Source of the DNA: Scenedesmus sp. PABB004 | Taxonomy: Eukaryota | DNA length: 64,000 nucleotides | Assembly: GCA_014905635.1 (NCBI GenBank) | Contig: JABVCE010000003.1 | Location: 496,001 to 560,000, forward strand | Direction of reading: 5' to 3' | Shown: positions 1 to 14,937 of the stretch, in pieces | Layout of the letters: each line of letters opens with the position of its first letter | Numbering within the stretch: the first letter of the stretch is position 1 | The notes under the pieces: generated by a model | What the model saw: the letters and a program-made list of their open reading frames with translations, nothing else | What the model was told of the DNA's origin: nothing | The model's database searches: none | Translations under genes and position numbers: made by a program

Positions 1-93
1 TGCAGGGAGGGCGGGGGAGGGCGGCGGCGGCGGCGCCGCGCGTCGAGCCAGCCGCGCACAGACGCAGCCTGCGTGCCCCTTGTCCACCCCCAG

Positions 94-6442
<6,349 letters not shown>

Positions 6443-6799
6443 GCCGCGCGGCTGCAAGGCGGCGGCGGCGGCGGCGGTGGCTAGATAGGGGGCGGGCCGG
6501 CGGCGAGGGAGGGAGGGGCGCGTGTACAGGGCGTGTGCGGCGGCCGCGCAGTGCGTGTCTGCACAGGAGTGCCTGCCCCGCGGCTTCACGGACCAGCACG
6601 CAGCACCAGGGGGGTGCGGCGGGGAGGGGCGGTGGGAGGGGCGGCGTCGGGAGGGGCGGTGGGAGGGGGCGGGCCGGCGTGGGGGCGTGCCGGCGTGGGT
6701 CGAGGCTGGACTCTTGCCGCCGCGGCTGTACAAACCGCCCGACACGCGGCGCTCGAGCGAGCGAGCGACGACCGAAGAGTTGCGGCTGGCCGGCCCAAG

Positions 6800-6804
6800 T
6801 GTAA
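6800..6804 (+). terminator. TGTAA polyadenylation signal (probably ISWI)
   Basis: TGTAA is the established chlorophyte poly(A) signal. This copy lies about 360 bp after the ISWI stop. Confidence 0.6.
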
Positions 6805-7089
6805 GCAGTTGCCAGGTCTGCTCGCGGCCGGCTGGCAGGCGGCGGCGGCCCGCAGCAGCGCGATGCTGCCAGCCAACCTGTGCGCCCGCCGCCGCTCCTG
6901 GGCGGGTGCGCCAGCCTGCGCCGGCCGGCTCGGCTAAGGGCCACGGTTACTTCACCTCGCCGCGCCGCGTCCCTGCCCGCTGCGCCCCGCGTCTGGCCGC
7001 ACACGGCGGCAGCGCGCGCAGCCGCCGGTGCCGAGCTCGCAGCCCCCGCGCGCGAGAGGCCGGCGACGTCCGCCTTGCGAGCCTCGTGC

Positions 7090-7210
7090 GCCTGGCGCGC
7101 CATGGACGGGGCCTTGGTCAGCAGACATGAACGTGGCCTTGGTCAACTGCTGAGAAAGGCAACGTTCATGGTCAGCAGACCAAGGCCACGTTCATGGGCG
7201 CGCCTGAGGC
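7090..7210. ncRNA. Long imperfect hairpin A, candidate miRNA precursor
   Basis: Stem traced by hand. 7094-7119 (GGCGCGCCATGGACGGGGCCTTGGTC) pairs with 7178-7204, 7126-7140 (CATGAACGTGGCCTT) pairs with 7156-7170, and the loop is 7146-7150. Intergenic and lower in GC than its flanks. Confidence 0.7.
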
Positions 7211-7225
7211 AGGCAGGACGCCCCT

Positions 7226-7412
7226 CGCGCCGGGGCCCTGGCAGGCGCGTGCACGACTGCAGAGGGGAGGGCCCGACCTCATCCCTAGGGCAGGCGCGTG
7301 ACTGCAGAGATGAGGAAGACCTCATATTTGCTGTCACGCGCCTGCCTGAAAGGATGAAGTCCCGACCCCATCTCTGCAATCACGCGGCGCGCCTGCCAGC
7401 GCGCCGGCGCGC
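7226..7412. ncRNA. Long imperfect hairpin B, candidate miRNA precursor
   Basis: 7288-7315 (GGGCAGGCGCGTGACTGCAGAGATGAGG) pairs with 7320-7347 around an AAGA loop. The stem extends via GACCTCATCC/GGATGAAGTC, TGCAGAG/CTCTGCA and CTGGCAGGCGCG/CGCGCCTGCCAG. Confidence 0.72.
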
Positions 7413-7868
7413 GGCTGTCGGATCCACCAACGCGCGCTCGCCGCCGGCGGCCCAGCGCACGTGGTCGCACGCCGCGACCACCGACGGGAGCGGCGCGTGA
7501 GGCGTGGCATGACGCTCCTGGGCGGGGCGGGGCGGGGCGGAGGGGGGAGGGCGCCACGCGCCCGCCGCTGGCCGCGCGCGGCGGCAGCGCGACGGCAGCG
7601 CTCGCGCGGCGGCCGCAGGGCGCGCAGGGCGTGCCGCGCCGCGCCGCGCCGCGCCGCCGTGCGACGCCGCTACCGAGCTGCTCCTGCCAGCGCCCGGCGC
7701 CGCCGCCGCAGCGCCTGCTGTTGCCGTGCGTCCTCCTCCCGCCATCACTTCAGCAGCACGGCACCGGCTCCCAGCTGGCCGCGAGCCCGCGTGCGCCGCG
7801 CCGCGGCGCGTGCCGTGCGGCGGGCCGCGGTCCTGCAAGGCTGGCGCACGCAGGGAGCGGCCCGCGCT

Positions 7869-7873
7869 TGTAA
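7869..7873 (+). terminator. TGTAA possible polyadenylation signal downstream of the hairpin pair
   Basis: TGTAA in intergenic DNA, with no convincing + strand CDS between it and the signal at 6800. Confidence 0.35.
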
Positions 7874-8042
7874 GCGGCATGGCAGGCTTCAGGGTCTGCC
7901 GCCGACGGCACCGCGGCCTGCGGCAGCACCGCCGACCCGCGCCGGGTCCGCCCACAGCTCCGCGCGCGAGGAGGAGGAGCGCCGCACGCCCCGCCCGCGC
8001 CGCGCCGCCGCCGGAGAGCGCGACCGCGCGGAGAGGAGCGCC

Positions 8043-11000
8043 ATGGCGTCCGGCAAGGTGGTGGCGCCCAAGAAGGTGCTGGAGATGATGAAGGAGGCCA
8101 CGGGCGCGACGGAGGAGGACATATGCGTGATGCTGCAGCTCTGCAACGGCGACGCCAACGAGGCGACAGAGAAACTGCTTGAGAGTAAGTGTCGGGCCCC
8201 CCCGCGCCGCCGCGCGCGCCATGGCCGCCCCGCGCCCGGCTCACACGTCGGCGGGCGCAGATCCCTTCGCGAGGGTGGAGTCCAAGAAGGACAAGCGCGC
8301 CAAGGTGGGGCGCACGGCGCGCGCATCAATCGCGCGCCGCGCGCCAAGCGCCCCTGGCGCGCGTAGGGCGCTCAGGCGCGCCCGCGCCGCCCGCAGTTTG
8401 AGGAGCAGCGCAAGAAGGACGCCGAGGTGCAGCGGCGCAGCGCAGACGTGCGGCGCGCGGCGCCGGGCTTCGCCCCAGGAGGCCGCGGCCGCGGCCGCGG
8501 CGAGGGCCGCGCGGGCCGAGGTGAGCGACGCGCCCCGGCGGCAGCGCCGCCCCGCGCGGCCTTCGCGCCCGCGTCCGGGCGTGGGGGGCCCCCACGCGCG
8601 CCGCCGCAGGCGCGGCCGCAACCGCCCATCACGCCCCCCGATCGCCGCGCCGCGCCCGCGCCGCCGCCCACGGCCGCCCGCCCCGCGACCGCAGGCGTCG
8701 GGCGCGGCTCGGGGCGCGGCGGCATGACCGGCGCGCCCAGCGGCAGTGCGCAGGCCGCCCCGGACGGGTGCGCGGCCGGCGCGGGCGCGCGGGGGGCGGG
8801 CGGCGGCGCCAGGGCGCGCCGCGCGGGCCCAGGGCGCGCCGGGAGCGGGCGGCCGGGCGCGGCGCCGCCGCCCCGCCGCGGGGCCCGCGCGCTCACGCCC
8901 GCCGCTGCCCGCGCGCGCCCGCGCCCGCAGCAACGGCTGGAGCGACCACACCGCCGCGCCGGCCGCGGAGGGCTGGGGCGCCGCGCCGGCCAGCGACGCG
9001 CCCGCCGCAGCTGCGGCGGCGCCCGCGGCCGAGGACGGCTGGGGCGCCGGCGCGGCCGCGCCCGCCGCGCCCGCCGCTGCCGCCGACGGCTGGGGCGCGC
9101 CGAGCCAGCCAGCAGCAGCAGCAGCAGCAGCAGCAGCCCCGCGCCCGCGCCGCGCCCGGCCAGCAGCGCCACCAAGCAGGGCGTGTCGTTCGCGAGCATC
9201 GCGCGGGTGCGCGCGCGGCGCGCCTCCCACCGGCGCGGCGCTGCGCGGCCGCGCAGCGCCGCGCTGGCCGCCGCGCTGGCGCCCGCGCTGGCGCGCCGCC
9301 GGACCGACCGCGCCGCGCCGACGACGCCCCGCCCTGTTCCGCCCCGCCCCGCCCCCAGGCGAAGGCCGCGCAGCAGGCGGCGGCCGCCGCCGCGCCCGCC
9401 GCGGCGCCGGCGGCGGAGAGCAGGCCCAAGGCGGGGGTGGCGGCAGCAGGCGCTGCCGCCGCGCCCGCCGCCGCGCCGGCGTGGGGCGCGCCTGCCGCGG
9501 CGGCGCCCGCCGCTGAGCCCGAAGCAGCTGCGCCCGCCGCCGGGCAGGGCCTGGGCCTGGCGGGCCTGGGCGGCACGGCCGTGAGCGCGCCTGCGGCCGC
9601 GGAGGCGCCCGCCGCGCAGGCGCAGCAGCAGCCGGCGGCGGCGGCGGCGGCGGCGCAGCAGCAGCAGCAGGCGCCGGCGGCGCAGCCGGGCCTGTACGGC
9701 CAGGGCGACGCCGGCGCCGGCGGCGCGGCGGCCAAGCCGTCGCCGCTGTACGCGGGCGCCGCGCCCGCGGCGTCGGCGGGCGGCGAGGTCGACGGCCTGC
9801 AGCTCACGTTTGGCAACTTCACGCTCAACAGCCCCGGCATGGCCGACTTTGGCGCGGGCTTTGGCGGCAGCAGCTTTGGCGGCGACGCGGCGGGCTCCGC
9901 GCCCGCGGCGGGCTCGGGCGACGTGTTTGGCGCCAAGCCCGCGGCGGCGCAGGCGCCGGCGGCGCCGGCGCCCGCGGCGCCCGCGGCCGCGGCGCCGCCC
10001 GCGCCCGCGGCGCCCGCGCCCGCGTCCGCGGCCGAGGCGGGCGGCTACAAGCCGCCCCCCGGCTACGGCGGCTACGGTGGCGCCGACAAGGCGCCCGCCG
10101 CGCCCGGCGCCGCGCCCGCGGGCGGCGCGCGCGGCGGCTATGGCGGGCTGCAGGGCTACGGCGGCCTGGAGAGCACCTTCGGCGGCGGCGCGGCGAGCGC
10201 GGCCGACGCGCCCGCGCCCGCGCCCGCGGCGGCCGCGTACGGCGACGCCTTCAGCGGCGCGGGGTACGGCGCGGACGCGCTCAAGCCGCCCGCCGCCGCG
10301 CCCGCGGCGGCCTACCAGGCCGCGGCCGGCGCGTACCGGGGCCAGCAGGGCGGCTACGGCGCGCCCGCGGCCGCGCACCCGCCCGCGCCCGAGGCGCCCG
10401 CGCCGCGGGCGGCGCGTCGGCCGCCGCGCCCGCGCCGGCGGCGAGCGCCGCGGGCGCCGGCGCGGCCGCGCCGCCGGCGATGCCGTACGGCAGCCAGGTC
10501 CCGCCCGGCGCGTACGGGGGCGGCGGGTACAACATGTACGGCGGCTACCCCAGCCAGATGTACGCGGGCATGTATGCCAACCCCTACGGCTACCCACCCG
10601 CGTACAACCCCTACGCGCCCAGCCAGGCGGGCTTCCCGCCGCAGCAGGCCGGCACGAGCAGCTACGGCGCGGCCGGCGGCGGCGCGAGCAGCTACGGCGC
10701 GCACGCGCACGTGCCGCGCTACAACCCCTACGGCCAGCAGGGCGGCGGCGCGGCGGCGCAGCCGGGCGGCGGCGGCGCCGCCGGCGGCGCGGGCGGCGCG
10801 GGCGGCTACGACGACGCGTCGGCCGCCGCCGCGGCGGCCGCGGCGGCGGGCAGCTACGGCGCGGCGTACGGCGCGGGCGGCTACGGCGGCGCCGCGGGCG
10901 CCAAGGACGACAAGAGCGGCGCCGCGCTGTACGGCGGCTACGGCCAGCAGGCGCAGCAGGGCAAGGCCGGCGGCGCGGGGCAGCAGGCCTACGACTACGG

Positions 11001-11076
11001 GCAGTACTACAGCCAGCAGCAGCAGTACGGCCAGCAGTATGGCGGCTACGGCGGCTACGGCCAGGGCCGGCAGTGA
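8043..11076 (+). CDS. UBA-like-domain, RGG and Tyr/Gly/Gln-rich low-complexity protein (GBF-interacting protein 1/DUF1296- or UBAP2L/Lingerer-like)
   Basis: N-terminus MASGKVVAPKKVLEMMKEATGATEEDICVMLQLCNGDANEATEKLLE..PFARVESKKDK fits a UBA-like domain followed by PF.xV.xKK. Then RGRGRG repeats, GWG motifs, LQLTFGNF and a long Y/G/Q-rich tail ending at TGA 11074-11076. Needs introns plus two 1-nt frame corrections (about 9140 and 10400). Confidence 0.72.
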
Positions 11077-12199
11077 GCGCGCCGCCGCCGCCGCCGCCGC
11101 CCGCGGCGGCCTCAGCGCCTCAGCAGAGGGGCGCGGGGCGGCGCGGCGCGGCGCGGCGGCCGCGGCCGCTGCGCGCGGCGGCGCTGCGCGGGCCCGTGCG
11201 CGCGCGCGCCCGCACGCGCGGCGGCCGGGGCGTGCGTGGGCGGGCGGCAGCGAGGCGGGCGGCAGCGCGGCTGCGCGGCCCGCACGCACGGGGGTGCGTG
11301 ATGCGGCGGTGCATCCGAGGGAGGGAGGCCTCCTTGCCCAGCAGGCCGGGGCGTTGCTGCGCGGCCGCCCCGCCGCGCACGCACGGCGGGCGCCGCCGCC
11401 CACGACGCCGGCCGGCGCGCGTCGGCGGCGGCGCCCCTCGCTCCCCGCCTGCATGTTCACGCTGCCTTCCTGCCTGCGGGCGCTCGTGTGTGAATCAGTT
11501 CCGGGCGGGCGGGGCGGACGGCAGGGCGGGGGCCTGGCGGGGGCCGGCGCCGGGGGCAGGCGGGCCGGGCGGACGCAGCCTGGGCGGGCGGGTGCATCGG
11601 GGCGGCGGGGCGCGAAAGGGGGGGCCCGTGTGTACATAGCGGATTGTGCTCACCACTGCCGCAGAAGCGCGGCGTCGTTTTTGAGCTCGGGCGCGTCGGC
11701 ATTCCGCGGAGGAAGCGAGCTGCGCTGGCGGCGGCTCGGCCGGGAGCTCTGCAACCCTTCGGTGGCCTCGCCCCTGCGCGTTGCGCGCCACGATCGCCGT
11801 CGGCCGCCCCCGCGCGGCCCGGATCGGCGGCGCGGACTATCGGTCATCGAGCGTCGGTTTGAGCCACGTGGTTTGCCGCCGCCACAGCGCAGCCCCCCCT
11901 CGCCAGGCCAGCTCGCGGGCCGCTCCCCCAGCTCAACTCCTCGCCCCAGACGCGACGGCAGACGCCACGGCGCACGCCAGGTGGGCCTGGGCGGGCCTGG
12001 CTGCCCAGCCTGGCTGGCGACGCGCGGCGAGCTGGCCCCTGGCCCAGGCGCCCGCGGCGCCTGCGTTCCTGGCCAGGATCGATCCAGCGAGACTGTCGCC
12101 CCAGCTTCCGGGGCTCGCGAGCCATCACAGCCGCCGCGCCGTGCCGCGCCGCGCCCAACCAACCACGCCGCCCAACCGCACCCGCAGCACACGCATACC

Positions 12200-12934
12200 A
12201 TGAGGCGCTGCTCCTTGCTGGCCCTGGCGGTGGTGGTGGCCCTGGTACTGCTGGCCGGTGAGGGGGACGGGCGCGGCGGCGTTGCGCTGCCGGCCCGCGC
12301 CACCGGGTGGGGGGCTGGCGGTCACGGCTGCCGATGCCCGCCCCGCAGCCGCGCCCGCGGCCGGCGCCGCGCCGGGCCGCAAGCTGCTCGGCGCACAGTC
12401 CAAGGCCACCTTTGGCGGCATCTGGGGCGGCTGGCTGGGGCTCGGCTCGAGCTACGGTGCGCGCCGCCGCGGCGGCGAGGGCAGCTCGCGGCGCGGCGCC
12501 GCCTGGCGCCGGCCGCGCCACCGCCGCCCGCGCGGCGCGGCTCCCCAGGGGGCGGCCCCGCAGCAAGGGCGCGCGGCGGACCGGCGCCCCGTTCCCGCGC
12601 GCCGCCCAGCTCCCCCGCCCCCGCGCGCGCGCGCGCGCAGGCTCCTACTCTCAGCCCTACTACGACCCGTACTATTCCTCGTACGGCGGCTACGGCGGCG
12701 GCTACAGCAGCTACTACCCGAGCTATGGTACGGCGCGCCGCAGCGCGCCCCCACGGGCGCGCGCCGCGCGGCCGCGCCGCCCATGCGCGCGCGCGCGCCC
12801 CGCACAGGCGGCTACGGCGGCTATGGTGGCTACGGCGGCTACGGGGGGTACGGCTACAGCCGCTACCCCGCTACAGCGGCTTCGGGGGGTACGGCGGCCG
12901 CGGCTACGGCCGCGGCGGCCGGTGGGGCCGCTAG
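12200..12934 (+). CDS. Small secreted Gly/Tyr-rich protein (4 exons)
   Basis: Signal peptide MRRCSLLALAVVVALVLLA. Introns 12258-12348, 12458-12640 and 12728-12808. GRKLL motif, then YYDPYYSSYGGY and (GGY)n, ending RGGRWGR-TAG if one C is added at 12866-12869. TGTAA at 13162. Confidence 0.75.
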   Translation: MRRCSLLALAVVVALVLLAGEGDGRGGVALPARATGWGAGGHGCRCPPRSRARGRRRAGPQAARRTVQGHLWRHLGRLAGARLELRCAPPRRRGQLAARRRLAPAAPPPPARRGSPGGGPAARARGGPAPRSRAPPSSPAPARARAQAPTLSPTTTRTIPRTAATAAATAATTRAMVRRAAARPHGRAPRGRAAHARARAPHRRLRRLWWLRRLRGVRLQPLPRYSGFGGYGGRGYGRGGRWGR

Positions 12935-13161
12935 CCGGCGACGGAGCACCTGCGCCTCCACCACCCCCAGAGCGCCCTGCCGCCTCAGACGACCGGGCGG
13001 CGGCGGCGGCGGCGGCTGAGCGCCCTCATTGATTGATCTAGAGTTGGCGGGTTGGCGGGGTTTTCGGGCGGGTCGGGGTCGGGGTTTTTGCCGGCGCCGG
13101 AGCTCGGCGGCAGGGCCCCGCCGGCAGCGGCTGGCTGCCGTCCGAGCGTTGGCCGCCTGCG

Positions 13162-13166
13162 TGTAA
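13162..13166 (+). terminator. TGTAA polyadenylation signal
   Basis: About 230 bp downstream of the stop at 12934. Confidence 0.55.
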
Positions 13167-13563
13167 TAGTAGCGACAGCGCTGCCCGACGGGCCCCCGGC
13201 TGACGCGAGCGCTGCTGCCGCCGCCGGCCCTCGCTGCTCGCGCCCACGCGCGTGCCCGGCCCAGAGCTCGCGTGGAGGCGCACACGAGCTCCCGACTCAC
13301 GCGCTGAATTTGCACGCGGCCGCCCGGAGCCACCAGGTGCGCGGCTTTTGCTGCTGCCGCCGCTGCCGCCGCTGCCCCGCTGTCCCAGCTGCCGCTGCAG
13401 CGCCCAGCGCACCTTCACCCCACGCTGGGCGGCCATGCATCCGGCGCATCGCGCGTTCCAGGACTGGGCGCGCCCGCAGCAGCCAGCGCCCGCCCACGGC
13501 GCGCCCGCGCCGCCCACGGCGCGCCCGCGCCGCCGCGCAGGCCGCGCCGCGCCGCCAGCGCCG

Positions 13564-14494
13564 ATGTCGGCCGACATGGATGAGCACCTCGCCTGCGGCG
13601 TGTGCTTCTCGCAGTTCAACACCGACGACCGCCGCCCGTTCGATCTGGGCTGTGGCCATTCGTACTGCGAACACTGCCTGCGCACGAGCCCGCGCAGCTT
13701 CCGGGCGTGCCCCGAGTGCCGCGCGCGCGCCAACAACCCGCACGTGAACATCGGCCTGATGCGCCTCCTGCCGGCGCGCCGAGGTCCGGCGGCTCGGCCC
13801 CGCGAGGCGAACGCGGCAGCGCGGCGGCGCGTGAGGGCGCCCCCAGCCCCTGCACGGCGCGGCGCCCCGCGCGCGCGGCGCGCCGCGCGGGCGCGTCGGC
13901 GCGCGCGCCCTCATCGCCCGTGCCGCCGCCCGCGCCGGCAGGCCTCGCAGGGCCGAGCCGCCGGACCTCGGCGCGCCGGCGCGGCGGCAGCCCCGCGCCC
14001 TCCGCGCCGCCCGCGCCGGCGGCGGCGGCAGAGGCGGAGGACATCACGCCGCTGGCCTGGCTGCGCGCGGCGGCCGGCGCGGCGGGCGCGCCCGCCGCCG
14101 CCGCCGGCGCCGCCGGCGCCGCCGGCGGCGCGCCGCCCGCGCCGGCGGCGCTCGCGGGGCTGGCCGCGGAGCACCAGGCCAAGCTCGCGGCGTGGCGCAC
14201 CTCGCTCTGGCTCTGGCTCACGCCCCTGCTGGGCGTGCTCTACCTGTTGAGCCCGCTGGACATCATCCCCGACTTCCTCCCACTCATCGGTGAGCCGGCG
14301 GCGCTGGTGCTGGGCTGGTGCTGGGCTGGTGCTGCGGCACGCGGCGCGCCCGGCGCCCCGTCCGCTGCGGCGCCGACCCGTGCGCGCGCCGCCGCCGGCC
14401 GGCGCCAGGGTATGTGGACGACCTGCTGGTGCTCGCGTACGTCGCGGTCAGCGTGCTGCGCATGCTGGGCCAGCGGCGCGGCGGGGGCGGCTGA
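13564..14494 (+). CDS. C3HC4 RING + C-terminal DUF1232-type membrane hairpin (RNF170-like E3 ligase)
   Basis: CGVC-x15-CGHSYCEHC-x10-CPEC RING. C-terminal LYLLSPLDIIPDFLPLIG|YVDDLLVLAYV (intron 14290-14408) is the DUF1232/YkvA signature. The first intron boundaries are uncertain. Confidence 0.85.
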
Positions 14495-14937
14495 CCGCGC
14501 CGGGGAACGTTGCCACGGCTCGGCGAGCGTGCCGCCGCGCGCCCCGCGCCGTCTGAGCAGCAAAACAACAGCAACAATTGTTGAGGGGGGCGAGCCGCCC
14601 TCGCTCCTGCGCTCCTGCGCAGCGCAGTGCGACTTCAAAAGCAATGGGCAGCAACCTGCCGCCGCCGCCAGCCGGCATGTGTCTGCGTTTAGCACCGGCG
14701 CACGGACGCGCACAGCATGCGTGAGGGTTGTGACCGGCACACCCAGTCGCCGGTTCAGAGTTTGCAGCTTGCAGTGCTGCCGAGCGTGCAGCTTGCAGTC
14801 TTGCCGCAAGTGACAGCCTGGTGCGGAGGGGTGGCCCCGCCCGCCCCCTCTCCCTCCCTCACGCCTTGCGCCCCCCGCGCCGCCTGCGACCCGCACGCGC
14901 CCCCTCGCCCCCTCGCCTCCCGCGCGCCCCCCCCCCC

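Noticed and set aside
6783..6920. Possible third hairpin (GGCTGGCAG / CTGCCAGCC)
   Set aside because: Only a 9-bp core; extension needs large bulges, which is expected by chance at this GC level.
7101..7196. CRISPR-like repeats
   Set aside because: Only two direct copies plus inverted copies, no unique spacers, no cas genes, and a eukaryotic context. A hairpin explains it better.
7090..7412. MITE or foldback transposon as the origin of the hairpins
   Set aside because: I see no target-site duplication, no shared termini between the two hairpins and no second copy in the window. It is not excluded without a genome-wide search.
12399..12410. 10-nt match (CCAAGGCCAC) between hairpin A and the Gly/Tyr-rich gene as a miRNA target
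   Set aside because: Too short to be significant.
14762..14806. TGCAGCTTGCAGT duplicated in the region between the RING-DUF1232 and Dicer-like stops
   Set aside because: Two short copies only, with no supportable structure or function.
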